Shown: positions 1-9,611 of the stretch, piece by piece
Layout: the number at the start of each line of letters is the position of its first letter
How positions within the stretch are numbered: position 1 is the stretch's first letter
From: an uncultured Bacteroidota bacterium
GTDB lineage: Bacteria > Bacteroidota > Bacteroidia > UKL13-3
NCBI GenBank assembly: GCA_903898215.1
Contig: CAIUEQ010000126.1
Location: 1-58,635 of the forward strand
DNA: 58,635 bases
Reading direction: 5' to 3'
Program-made: the position numbers and the translations under genes
Notes under the pieces: generated by a model
What the model was told of the DNA's origin: nothing
The model's input: only the letters and a program-made list of their open reading frames with translations
The model's database searches: none

Positions 1-62
1 AACCTTCAATCATAAATTTATAGATATTCAAAAAATATGACCTCTCTCATATTTACAAAAAT

Positions 63-776
63 TTAGTCTTCAATATTACTTTCTTTAATTAATTTTTTGA
101 TGTTAAGAATTTTTATTTTCTTTTTTTCGAGCCCAATCAACCCTTCATCGCGAAGGCCATAAAGAAGTCGGATTGCTGTTTCGGTAGACATGCCGGCAAT
201 ATTGGCAATATCTTCACGAGTCATTACAACATTTATAGTTTGATTATCTTCCTCTGTTCCAAAAAGTTCATTTAATAAAAGTAAGGTTTCTGCAATTCTG
301 TTTCGTGTAGGTTTTTGAATGATCTCCACAATTTTTGTTTCAGCAGCACCTAATTTATCGCTTAACAGTTTCATTAAATTCATAGAAACCGAAGGATTGT
401 TTTTCATCAGTTCAAAAAAAGTATCTTTTGATAAAAAACACAAAACTGAATCTTCTAAAGTTTCGGCAGTAGCATTATAGTTGCTTCCGCTAATTAATGA
501 ACGATAGCCAAGAATATCACCTTCTTTGGCTAACCGTAAGATTTGTTCTTTTGCGTTTGAGCCCAACTTTTGAACTTTAACCTTTCCTGAATACACAATA
601 TAAATTCCCAAAGGCCTTTGTCCAACGTTAAAAATAATTTTCCCCTTTTTGAATTCTAAATGGTTTTTATTGTGATTTAAGCATTGAACGTCTTCGGGGC
701 GGAGGTTATTGAAAACGCTCAATTTTCTCATTAAACATGAGCCACAATCAAGAGGGTATTCTTTATTTACAGACAT
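63..776 (-). CDS. Crp/Fnr family transcriptional regulator
   Basis: 237-aa ORF. The central part resembles a cNMP-binding beta-barrel (GKIIFNVGQ..., GDILGYRSLISG). The C-terminus has an HTH (MTREDIANIAGMSTETAIRLL). Confidence 0.8.
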   Translation of the reverse strand: MSVNKEYPLDCGSCLMRKLSVFNNLRPEDVQCLNHNKNHLEFKKGKIIFNVGQRPLGIYIVYSGKVKVQKLGSNAKEQILRLAKEGDILGYRSLISGSNYNATAETLEDSVLCFLSKDTFFELMKNNPSVSMNLMKLLSDKLGAAETKIVEIIQKPTRNRIAETLLLLNELFGTEEDNQTINVVMTREDIANIAGMSTETAIRLLYGLRDEGLIGLEKKKIKILNIKKLIKESNIED

Positions 777-896
777 TAAAAATTTGAGTAAACCAATTAA
801 AACAAGTGATATTATAAATGTTTTTATCTTGCTACGAATATAGTTTTGTAAAGCAATTTATTATCATTGTGGCATAAATAGAATAGTCATAAACTT

Positions 897-1940
897 ATGT
901 TAATGCCCCAAGTTGCCGTTATTGTTTTAAATTATAATGGCATGCAGTTTTTAGAAAAGTGTTTTGATAGCTTAAAGGCAAGCACTTATAGCAATGTTGA
1001 ATTATTGATGTATGATAATTTTTCTAATGATGAAAGTGTAAAATTCATCAAAGAAAAATATCCAGATGTGAAGATTGTTCAGTCGTTTATTAATGGGGGG
1101 TATAGTCGTGCCTACAATGAAGCCATTAAACATACTAAAGCAAAATATTCGGTTTTATTAAATAATGATGTTGAGGTTGAGCCAAACTGGTTGGAACCAT
1201 TGGTTGAAGCAGCAGAGGCTGACGATAAAATTGCAGCCCTACAACCAAAATTAATTTGGCTACTTGATAGAAAACGTTTTGAGTATGCAGGATCTTCTGG
1301 TGGCGAAATGGACAAATATGGCTATCCATTTTTAAGAGGAAGAATTTTTTCTACAATTGAATTTGATAACGGACAATACGATGATGTGAAAGAAATTTTT
1401 TGGGCAAGCGGTGCCGCATTATTTGTTCGAACTGAAGTTTTTACTCAGAGCATCGGGCTTGATGAAACCTTTGTTCATCACATGGAAGAAATTGATATGT
1501 GCTGGCGTTTTCATTTGTTGGGATATAAAATTAAAGTTATTCCAACATCGGTAGTAGCGCATTATGGAGGAGCTACAATTATCAGTGATAGCTTTAAAAA
1601 AATGTACTGGAATCACCGGAATGCTATGTTTATGCTTTTTAAAAATCTCGACCATAACGACCTGGCAAAAATTCTATCCATTCATATTTTGTTTGATATT
1701 GCAACAATTTTTCATTCTATTTTTAACCTAACGTTTAAACGCGGAATAGCTGTAATATATGCTTACATGTGGTTGTTTATCAATTTTAAATTGCTCATTC
1801 AAAAAAGGAATGAAGTACAACACATGCGAAAAGAAAGTGATGGTTCAGCAATGAAATTATTGTTTCAAAAAAGTATTGTTATTCAATATTTTTTAAGAAA
1901 GAAAAAAACCTATTCGGAAGTAATTAAAACAACACATTAA
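897..1940 (+). CDS. Family 2 glycosyltransferase (rhamnosyltransferase-like)
   Basis: N-terminal GT2 signature VAVIVLNYNG...YDNFSNDES...LLNNDVEVEP, with C-terminal hydrophobic segments. It lies directly upstream of rfbC. Confidence 0.8.
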   Translation: MLMPQVAVIVLNYNGMQFLEKCFDSLKASTYSNVELLMYDNFSNDESVKFIKEKYPDVKIVQSFINGGYSRAYNEAIKHTKAKYSVLLNNDVEVEPNWLEPLVEAAEADDKIAALQPKLIWLLDRKRFEYAGSSGGEMDKYGYPFLRGRIFSTIEFDNGQYDDVKEIFWASGAALFVRTEVFTQSIGLDETFVHHMEEIDMCWRFHLLGYKIKVIPTSVVAHYGGATIISDSFKKMYWNHRNAMFMLFKNLDHNDLAKILSIHILFDIATIFHSIFNLTFKRGIAVIYAYMWLFINFKLLIQKRNEVQHMRKESDGSAMKLLFQKSIVIQYFLRKKKTYSEVIKTTH

Positions 1941-1943
1941 AAA

Positions 1944-2510
1944 ATGGAACTCAAAAAAGTAAGCGAACATTTAAATGGCATCGTAGTAATTATGCCTGAA
2001 GTTTTTCAAGATGAAAGAGGATTTTTCCTTGAATCGTACAGAGCCGATCAATTTAAAAACATGGATCTCGATTTACATTTTGTTCAGGAAAACCATTCAG
2101 GTTCTGTAAAAAATGTTTTGCGCGGATTACATTTCCAATGGGAGCCACCAATGGGAAAGTTGATGCGTGTTACAGCGGGTGAGGCATTTTTGGTTGCGGT
2201 TGATATTCGTAAAGGATCGCCAACAATTGGAAAATGGTTTGGAGAAATTGTAAGCGCTAAAAACAGAAAACAAATTTGGGCTCCTGCAGGATTTGCTCGT
2301 GGATTTTGTGTGTTAAGTGATTTTGCAGAATTGCAATACATGACAACCGGTGTTTATAGCAATAAGGCAGAGTCGGGTATTTTGTGGAATGATCCTGAAA
2401 TTGGAATTGAGTGGCCGGTAACAAATCCGATACTTTCTGGTAAAGATGAAAAGGCTCAAACATTAAGTGAATGGATGAGCAAACCTGATTCGGATAATTT
2501 TAAATATTAA
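1944..2510 (+). CDS. rfbC: dTDP-4-dehydrorhamnose 3,5-epimerase
   Basis: 188 aa with cupin-type RmlC motifs (FQDERGFFLESY, RGLHFQ, KLMRVTAGEAFLVAVDIRKGSPTIGKW). Confidence 0.9.
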   Translation: MELKKVSEHLNGIVVIMPEVFQDERGFFLESYRADQFKNMDLDLHFVQENHSGSVKNVLRGLHFQWEPPMGKLMRVTAGEAFLVAVDIRKGSPTIGKWFGEIVSAKNRKQIWAPAGFARGFCVLSDFAELQYMTTGVYSNKAESGILWNDPEIGIEWPVTNPILSGKDEKAQTLSEWMSKPDSDNFKY

Positions 2511-2538
2511 TTTCCGTTAACTTTTTAAATATACAAAT

Positions 2539-3507
2539 ATGAAAATTTTAGTTGCAGGCGGAGCAGGATTTATTGGTTCAGTAGTAGTTCCAAAACTTGC
2601 CGACAGAGGTTACGAAGTTGATGTAATTGATTGGTGTTGGTTTGGAAATCATTTGCCAAATAATATCAAACTAATCAAGAAAAACATTTTTGATATTACT
2701 GAGGAAGAACTCAAAGTTTATGATACCGTAATATTTTTAGGTGGAGTGTCGAATGATCCTATGGCAGAGTTTTCTCCAAAAGATAATTTTATTTACAACT
2801 CAGCTTTGCCGGCTTACCTATGTTTTATGGCAAAAAAAGCTAACGTAAAACGCTTTATTTACGCAGGTTCGTGTTCGGTTTATGGTTATACCGTTGATGA
2901 GTTGTATGATGAAGAATCGCCAACAGTATCGGCTTATCCTTATGGAATTTCGAAACTTCAGGGCGAACTTTCTGTGATGCAAATGAAAGACGAAAACCAC
3001 TCGGTTATTTGTTTTCGACAAGGAACGGTATGCGGTTATAGTCCACGAATGAGATTAGATTTGGTAATCAATACCATGTTTAAAAATGCAATTAGTTTAG
3101 GGCAAATCACTTTGAACAACCCCGCAATTTGGCGACCAATTGTAAGTCTTCATGATCTTTCGGATGCTTACATACGTGCGGTTGAAGCAAGTGATGAAAT
3201 TTCTGGTGTGTTTAATATTTCATCGGCAAATTATACACTCGGTCAGCTTGGAGATATTGTTAAAGAACGTATCGAAGCGCAAACAGGGAAGGCAATCAAA
3301 ATGCAAATAAATCATAATAAAGATTTTAGAAATTATAAAGTGAGTTGCGATAAAGCTGCGCGTGTTTTGGGTTATGTGCCAAAAGATGATGCAGGAGCAA
3401 TCGTTGACAATCTCTTTGCGAACTATGAAAAGTTCAAAGATTTTGAAAATCCAGAGTATTACAATATCCAAATATTTAAAAATATTAAAGACCAGATGGC
3501 AGTGTAA
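2539..3507 (+). CDS. NAD-dependent epimerase/dehydratase (extended SDR)
   Basis: Rossmann motif GGAGFIGS at the N-terminus and the catalytic YGISK (YxxxK). It sits between rfbC and rfbD. Substrate unknown. Confidence 0.75.
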   Translation: MKILVAGGAGFIGSVVVPKLADRGYEVDVIDWCWFGNHLPNNIKLIKKNIFDITEEELKVYDTVIFLGGVSNDPMAEFSPKDNFIYNSALPAYLCFMAKKANVKRFIYAGSCSVYGYTVDELYDEESPTVSAYPYGISKLQGELSVMQMKDENHSVICFRQGTVCGYSPRMRLDLVINTMFKNAISLGQITLNNPAIWRPIVSLHDLSDAYIRAVEASDEISGVFNISSANYTLGQLGDIVKERIEAQTGKAIKMQINHNKDFRNYKVSCDKAARVLGYVPKDDAGAIVDNLFANYEKFKDFENPEYYNIQIFKNIKDQMAV

Positions 3508-3571
3508 ATTGGTTTTCGGTTCACAGATCACAGTGAACTGTTAACCGTGAACTGATAACTAAAATACAAAC

Positions 3572-4435
3572 ATGAAAATAGCAGTTACAGGTGCAAACGG
3601 ACAATTAGGTTCTGATATTTGTTCGGTATTAAAACAAGAAGGTCATGAAGTGATTGAACTCAATCATGATGAATTTGATATTATCAATTACGAATTTGTT
3701 TCGGCAATGTTAAATGATGTCAAGCCTGATGTACTTATCAATCCTGCAGCATATCATCATGTTGAAAAATGTCAGAACGATGCTGATATGGCATTTTCAG
3801 TGAATGCAACAGCACCTTTCAACATGGCAAAAATTTGCAAAGAGTTGAATGCTTTATTTATTCATATCAGTACCGATTATGTTTTTGATGGACTGAAAAA
3901 CGCTCCTTATCTTGAAACAGATTGTGCAAATCCTTTAAATAATTATGGCATTTCAAAACTTGCAGGCGAGCAAATGATTGCGACAACAGGTTGCAGATAT
4001 TTAGTTATTCGCACATCCGGTTTGTATGGAGTAAATCCTTGCCGTGCAAAAGGCGGAAAGAATTTTGTGGAGTTGATGTTAAGTTTAGCCGAAGCAGGAA
4101 AACCAATTCGTGTGGTTGATGATGAAAAAGTTTCGCCAACATTTACGCTTGATTTGGCACGTCAAATTTCAACTTTATTAACGATAAAAGATTCGGGAGT
4201 TTGCCATGCAACTGCCGAAGGAAATTGTTCGTGGTACGAGTTTGCTTCAGCAATATTTGAATTGGCGAATATTGATGCAAACCTTAGCAAAGCTGATCCT
4301 TCAGAGTTTGCTATCAAAGTTAACAGACCAAAATATTCAGTACTTGAAAATCATTTTCTTAAATCAAAAAAATTAAATACGATGAGAGAATGGAAAGATT
4401 CGTTGAGAGAATATTTGAGCTTGAGAGGAAAATAA
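3572..4435 (+). CDS. rfbD: dTDP-4-dehydrorhamnose reductase
   Basis: 287 aa, TGANGQLGSD Rossmann motif, STDYVFDG and YGISKLAGE motifs typical of RmlD. Confidence 0.85.
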   Translation: MKIAVTGANGQLGSDICSVLKQEGHEVIELNHDEFDIINYEFVSAMLNDVKPDVLINPAAYHHVEKCQNDADMAFSVNATAPFNMAKICKELNALFIHISTDYVFDGLKNAPYLETDCANPLNNYGISKLAGEQMIATTGCRYLVIRTSGLYGVNPCRAKGGKNFVELMLSLAEAGKPIRVVDDEKVSPTFTLDLARQISTLLTIKDSGVCHATAEGNCSWYEFASAIFELANIDANLSKADPSEFAIKVNRPKYSVLENHFLKSKKLNTMREWKDSLREYLSLRGK

Positions 4436-4637
4436 TTATATAGTACTTCCACCATTTAATAGTCTTGTTAAAACAACAGACTAGAGTCACGCTTGTTAAA
4501 AATTTATCACTAGTTTTTATCATCAAAGCAGCCTCGAACAACGAAAGGCTAGAAACGTGTTTTGCGTTTAAGTTTTCAAACTAAAAAATTTCCTAAACAA
4601 AATTATTCACACACCCTGCTACTTCCAATTAATCCAT

Positions 4638-4645
4638 TATTTTTG
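4638..4645 (+). promoter_or_regulatory. Possible Bacteroidota -7 promoter box (TATTTTTG) upstream of carB
   Basis: Matches the TAnnTTTG consensus, 67 nt upstream of the ATG at 4712. I found no convincing -33 TTTG at the expected spacing. Confidence 0.25.
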
Positions 4646-4711
4646 CCCAATTTTAGATGATGCTTTGATTTTTTGATCATCTACATACCACCATTTTTGC
4701 AAAGTATAATT

Positions 4712-7555
4712 ATGCCAAAAGACAGCAGTATAAAATCAGTATTAATCATTGGAAGCGGTCCAATAATTATCGGACAAGCATGTGAGTTTGACTATTCGGG
4801 AAGCCAGGCTTCTCGCTCTTTAAAAGAAGAAGGAATCAAAGTTTCATTGATCAATTCGAATCCGGCAACTATTATGACAGATCCTGTTACGGCAGATCAT
4901 GTTTACTTGTGGCCGCTTACTTCCGAGAGTATTGAAAAAATATTACAGGAGCAAAAAGACCTGTCCCGAGATGGTCGAGGGATTGATGCTGTACTTCCAA
5001 CTATGGGAGGACAAACAGCATTAAACCTTGCTATCGAATGCGAAGAGTTGGGAATTTGGGAAAAGTATAATGTGCGTATGATAGGAGTGGATACACAAGC
5101 AATTGAAACTACAGAAAACCGCGAAAAATTTCGTCAGAAAATGATCGAGATTGGAGTGGGTGTTGCACCATCTCGCACAGCAAATTCGTTTTTGGAAGGA
5201 AAAGAAATTGCACAGGAAATAGGTTTTCCTTTAGTAATTCGACCTTCGTATACTTTGGGTGGAACAGGAGGAGGTTTTGTATGGAAAAAAGAAGAGTTAG
5301 ACAATGCTCTTCAAAGAGGTTTATCTGCATCGCCAACTCATGAAGTGCTTGTTGAAAAAGCAGTGTTCGGATGGAAAGAATATGAGCTGGAATTGTTGCG
5401 TGATAAAAATGATAATGTTGCTGTGATTTGTGTGATAGAGAATTTTGATCCGATGGGAATTCACACCGGAGACTCAATAACTGTTGCACCTGCAATGACT
5501 TTGAGTGACTCATGTTACCAACATATGCGCGACCTTGCAATTTTGATGATGCGCAGTATAGGAAACTTTAGTGGTGGGTGTAATGTGCAATTTTCGGTGA
5601 ACCCCGAAGATGAAAGTATCATTGCAATTGAAATAAATCCTCGTGTTTCTCGCTCATCAGCACTTGCTTCAAAAGCAACGGGTTATCCTATTGCAAAAAT
5701 TGCTGCAAAGCTTGCCATTGGGTATCATCTTGATGAACTAAAAAATCCTGTTACAAAAACAACATCAGCTTATTTTGAACCTGCATTGGATTATGTAATT
5801 GTAAAAATACCACGCTGGAATTTTGATAAATTTAAAGGTGCTGATAAAACACTCGGCCTTCAAATGAAATCTGTTGGTGAGGTGATGGCAATCGGAAGAA
5901 CATTTATCGAGGCATTGCAGAAGGCTTGTCAGAGTTTGGAAATAAAGCGAAATGGTTTAGGTGCCGATGGCTATGAAAGTAAAAAGTTAGACGATATTTT
6001 AGAGAAATTGCAAAATCCTTCATGGGATAGATTGTTTGCCGTAAAAGATGCTTTGAGTTTGGGTGTGCCAATTTCATCTGTAGAAAAAATCACAAAAATT
6101 GATCGTTGGTTTCTTACCCAAATTAGTGATTTGGTTCGAATAGAAACTGATACCAGACGTTTTCATTTGAACAATATTCCTTCAGAATTGATGCTTGAGT
6201 TAAAGCAAAAAGGATACAGCGATGTACAAATTGCGTGGCTTCTGGGAGCTGATACAACTGAAGATGATGTTCGGGCTCTACGAAAAGGAATGGGTATTAT
6301 CAGAAGTTATAAAACAGTTGATACATGTGCTGCAGAATTTACTTCACCAACAAATTATTTTTACTCAACATACGATGGCGAAAATGAAAGCATTGTAAGC
6401 GATAAGAAAAAAATTATTGTACTTGGATCTGGTCCGAACCGCATTGGGCAAGGTATTGAATTCGATTATTGTTGCACACATGGATTGCTTGCAGCAAAAG
6501 AATGTGGTTATGAAGCCATCATGCTAAACTGTAATCCTGAAACAGTTTCTACAGATTTTGATATGGCCGATAAATTATATTTTGAGCCTGTATTTTGGGA
6601 GCATTTGATGGACATTATTGAACACGAAAAACCGGAAGGTGTTTTGGTTCAACTTGGAGGACAAACAGCTTTAAAACTGGCAAAGAAATTAAAAGAAAAC
6701 AGAATTAAAATTATAGGAACAGATTATGAAAGCATGGACTTATCAGAAGACCGTGGTTCGTTCTCAGATTTACTAAAAGAGTTAAACATTCCTTATCCAA
6801 ATTATGGTGTTGCTGAAGATGCTGACGAGGCAATAAAAGTTGCTAAAGTTGTTGGCTATCCGGTGCTTGTGCGTCCATCTTATGTATTAGGCGGACAAGG
6901 AATGAAGATTGTTATCAATGATGAAGATTTAGAAAAAGCGGTAATAGATTTGCTTGGAGAACTTCCAGGAAATCGTGTATTAATTGATCATTTTTTAGAT
7001 AGAGCAGAAGAGGCAGAAGTTGATTTAATATGTGATGGTGAAGATGTTCATATCATCGGAATGATGGAACATATTGAGCCTGCAGGAATTCACTCTGGCG
7101 ATTCGAATGCTGTGTTGCCACCATTTAGTTTAAGCGAAAACGTAAAAAAGCAAATGGAAGATTATGCTACCAACCTTGCTTTTAAAATGAATATTCGAGG
7201 CTTATTAAATATTCAATTCGCGATAAAAAACGAAAAAGTATATGTGATAGAAGCCAATCCTCGTGCATCACGAACAGTTCCTTTTATTGCAAAAGCATAC
7301 CAAATTCCATACATCAATATTGCAACAAAAGTGATGTTGGGAACTCACAAATTGAAAGACTTTACCTTTGAAAGAAAACTTGTTGGTTTTGCAATAAAAG
7401 AACCGGTTTTTTCATTTGATAAATTCCCTGATGTAAACAAAGAGCTCGGACCTGAAATGAAATCAACAGGTGAAGCTATAAGGTTTATCAAAGATCTACA
7501 CGATCCAATCTTCCGTCAATGGACGAAAGAAAAGAGCATGTATCTGAGCAAATAA
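4712..7555 (+). CDS. carB: Carbamoyl-phosphate synthase large subunit
   Basis: Two ATP-grasp halves (VLIIGSGPIIIGQACEFDYSG... and IIVLGSGPNRIGQGIEFDYC...). I place the start at ATG 4712 (MPKDSSIKS) rather than the TTG at 4673 used by the ORF track. Confidence 0.95.
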   Translation: MPKDSSIKSVLIIGSGPIIIGQACEFDYSGSQASRSLKEEGIKVSLINSNPATIMTDPVTADHVYLWPLTSESIEKILQEQKDLSRDGRGIDAVLPTMGGQTALNLAIECEELGIWEKYNVRMIGVDTQAIETTENREKFRQKMIEIGVGVAPSRTANSFLEGKEIAQEIGFPLVIRPSYTLGGTGGGFVWKKEELDNALQRGLSASPTHEVLVEKAVFGWKEYELELLRDKNDNVAVICVIENFDPMGIHTGDSITVAPAMTLSDSCYQHMRDLAILMMRSIGNFSGGCNVQFSVNPEDESIIAIEINPRVSRSSALASKATGYPIAKIAAKLAIGYHLDELKNPVTKTTSAYFEPALDYVIVKIPRWNFDKFKGADKTLGLQMKSVGEVMAIGRTFIEALQKACQSLEIKRNGLGADGYESKKLDDILEKLQNPSWDRLFAVKDALSLGVPISSVEKITKIDRWFLTQISDLVRIETDTRRFHLNNIPSELMLELKQKGYSDVQIAWLLGADTTEDDVRALRKGMGIIRSYKTVDTCAAEFTSPTNYFYSTYDGENESIVSDKKKIIVLGSGPNRIGQGIEFDYCCTHGLLAAKECGYEAIMLNCNPETVSTDFDMADKLYFEPVFWEHLMDIIEHEKPEGVLVQLGGQTALKLAKKLKENRIKIIGTDYESMDLSEDRGSFSDLLKELNIPYPNYGVAEDADEAIKVAKVVGYPVLVRPSYVLGGQGMKIVINDEDLEKAVIDLLGELPGNRVLIDHFLDRAEEAEVDLICDGEDVHIIGMMEHIEPAGIHSGDSNAVLPPFSLSENVKKQMEDYATNLAFKMNIRGLLNIQFAIKNEKVYVIEANPRASRTVPFIAKAYQIPYINIATKVMLGTHKLKDFTFERKLVGFAIKEPVFSFDKFPDVNKELGPEMKSTGEAIRFIKDLHDPIFRQWTKEKSMYLSK

Positions 7556-7567
7556 TGAAAACAAATT

Positions 7568-8344
7568 TTACCAGGCGTAGCTAAACATCGAGGGAATATT
7601 GTTTGCGATTTGATTTGCAACTGATGGATTTATAGTATAAGTGTCGGTGGTATTTTGTGTTTTAAAATTAATGCCCTGTATTAATTTTCCATAGTCGCAT
7701 ACCATGTGAATTTCTTGTTGTTGATTTGCTGTTACTGTGAAATTTTGTTGAGGCATTGTAACTTTTCTGCATAATTTATTTGAACCTATTTTAAAAGAGA
7801 ACGGAATATTAGGCAAGCCTGTTTTGTCAAGAGTTGTGTCTGCAAAACCCTGAACATTCATAAATATATAACCTTGTGAAACATTGCCAAACCACATTGA
7901 AGGAGTTTGTGCTGAAAGAACATTTGATGAATCGGAAAACATAGAAGGAGAGTTTGTGTTAGCAATCGAATCTAAACCAATAACAAACGAAACAGAAGTA
8001 TAATTTCCGGCAGGAATACTCCCAACAGCATACGGTTCAGTTTCTGTTTTTTTTAATAAATAAACTCCGGGAAAAGTAACTACTGAACCATCGGTATTTT
8101 GTGCAGTGATTCCAGAAATATAAAACTGAGCAATACTTAAAACAATTTTTCTACCCGAAGCATCAAGGGCGGTATCTCCGTATAAAACCTCCGTGCTGTC
8201 AATATTTGTATGAAGATGAAATAGTAATGAACCTTTTGCAATAGCTTCAGGCGTAAGTGTTGGAGATGAGTCGGTGTTTTTTTTACACGAAAAAAAAATA
8301 GAAAGTAAAGCAAAAAATATAGTTGACGATTTTAGTGATTTCAT
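7568..8344 (-). CDS. Lipoprotein, possibly MbnP-family
   Basis: Start moved to ATG 8344 (MKSLKSSTIFFALLSIFFSCKK, signal peptide plus lipobox Cys). The body resembles MbnP-like proteins as I recall them (AGNYTSVSFVIGLD, SMWFG...GYIFMNVQG). Family assignment not verified. Confidence 0.45.
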   Translation of the reverse strand: MKSLKSSTIFFALLSIFFSCKKNTDSSPTLTPEAIAKGSLLFHLHTNIDSTEVLYGDTALDASGRKIVLSIAQFYISGITAQNTDGSVVTFPGVYLLKKTETEPYAVGSIPAGNYTSVSFVIGLDSIANTNSPSMFSDSSNVLSAQTPSMWFGNVSQGYIFMNVQGFADTTLDKTGLPNIPFSFKIGSNKLCRKVTMPQQNFTVTANQQQEIHMVCDYGKLIQGINFKTQNTTDTYTINPSVANQIANNIPSMFSYAW

Positions 8345-8505
8345 AAATAAAGTTTTGAAAATTGTAGTTAAAAAACAGAATGAATATAAAATAAATAATA
8401 TTGCCATTGAGCAAATGCATGGCGATGTAACGACAAAAGCAAGTGTCGATTAATAGCAATATTTATTAAGATTTTGAAGGCTGATTTAAGAAAATCAGAA
8501 AACAG

Positions 8506-8877
8506 TTATACCGCTTTGGGTGGCTGAAAAATATCGAAAAAAGGTGAAGGGTATTCAGATATTTCAAGTATGGAGAAATATAAATTTTGAAGAGAATTAT
8601 GCTTGATAAGTTTAATCTCGGAATGAGAGCAAAATAAAACAACTTCAGAAAAATCTTTAATACTTATTGGTGTATTATTTTGGTTTTCATCTGATGCTTT
8701 CAACTGTTTTTTCATGTAACATAATCCGTTACATTTTAATTTGGGTCTGTTTTTATTTTCGCAAAGGGTAGTGGAGATAAAATTTTTATTAAGTTGATAG
8801 CACATAAATATTTCCAATTTGTTAAAGTATTGCATCATCAATACCAATAATAAAAACATGGAAATTATTTTTTTCAT
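8506..8877 (-). CDS. Hypothetical small membrane-anchored/secreted Cys-motif protein
   Basis: 123 aa with an N-terminal hydrophobic segment and the Cys cluster CENKNRPKLKCNGLCYMKKQL. It lies directly downstream of the response regulator on the same strand. Confidence 0.6.
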   Translation of the reverse strand: MKKIISMFLLLVLMMQYFNKLEIFMCYQLNKNFISTTLCENKNRPKLKCNGLCYMKKQLKASDENQNNTPISIKDFSEVVLFCSHSEIKLIKHNSLQNLYFSILEISEYPSPFFDIFQPPKAV

Positions 8878-8918
8878 TTCTACTTCAATAGTAATGAAAT
8901 TTGTGTTTGGTAACGTAT

Positions 8919-9611
8919 TTAAAAAACAAACTTATATCCAACACCTCTAACCGACTGAATATACTGAGGGTTTTTAGGGTCGTCTTCAAAATACTTTCGG
9001 AGGTTTAATACGAAGTTATCAATGGTGCGCGTATTTGGAATCACAGTATAATCCCAAACAACTTTTAAAATATGCTCACGACTTACAACTTGATTTTTAT
9101 TATCGATAAGCAATTTCATCAGGAGAATTTCCTTTTTAGTTAGAGCAAGTTTTCCTTCAACGCCCCAGGCTTCATAACTTTCAAAGTTTATCCAGTTTTT
9201 CCCGAACACAAAAAGCAGACTTGATTTGTTTTCGTTGCTTTGGATGCGCTCGTTTTTTTCAATTAACTTTTTAATACGTAGTAATAATTCTTCAAGATCG
9301 AAAGGCTTTGTGAGGTAATCATCGCCACCTTTCCGCAAGCTGTTTACTCGGTCGGCAGAAGTGTTTTTTGCAGAAAGAAAAAGCACAGGAATATTGCTGT
9401 TATGCAAGCGAATGTTTTCACAAACCATCCAACCATCCATTTCCGGAATCATGATATCTAAAATAACGAGATCAAATTTTTCTTCACGAAAAACCCTTAC
9501 AGCAGTGTTCCCATCGCCAACTGCATGCACTTGATAGTTCTCCATCTCAAGATTGAGCTTCAATGCATGTTGTAAATTTTCTTCATCTTCAACCAATAAT
9601 ATTCTTTTCAT
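8919..9611 (-). CDS. OmpR-family response regulator
   Basis: Receiver domain (ILLVEDE, DLVILDIMIPEMDG, KPF) plus a winged-helix C-terminus (VRGVGYKF). Confidence 0.9.
   Translation of the reverse strand: MKRILLVEDEENLQHALKLNLEMENYQVHAVGDGNTAVRVFREEKFDLVILDIMIPEMDGWMVCENIRLHNSNIPVLFLSAKNTSADRVNSLRKGGDDYLTKPFDLEELLLRIKKLIEKNERIQSNENKSSLLFVFGKNWINFESYEAWGVEGKLALTKKEILLMKLLIDNKNQVVSREHILKVVWDYTVIPNTRTIDNFVLNLRKYFEDDPKNPQYIQSVRGVGYKFVF

Noticed and set aside
4673-4711. 13-aa N-terminal extension of carB from a TTG start (ORF track)
   Set aside because: The conserved CarB N-terminus begins a few residues before VLIIGSGP, and ATG 4712 gives MPKDSSIKSVLIIGSG. The hydrophobic extension is not expected for this cytoplasmic enzyme.
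5109-5540. 143-aa minus-strand ORF inside carB
   Set aside because: It is antisense to a highly conserved carB region. This is typical spurious shadow-ORF behaviour.
8277-8299. T8 and A9 homopolymers inside the signal peptide/lipobox region of the MbnP-like lipoprotein as a phase-variation switch
   Set aside because: The runs simply encode FF and KK in an AT-rich genome where such runs are frequent. No evidence of a frameshifted alternative ORF was seen. I kept it only as a note.
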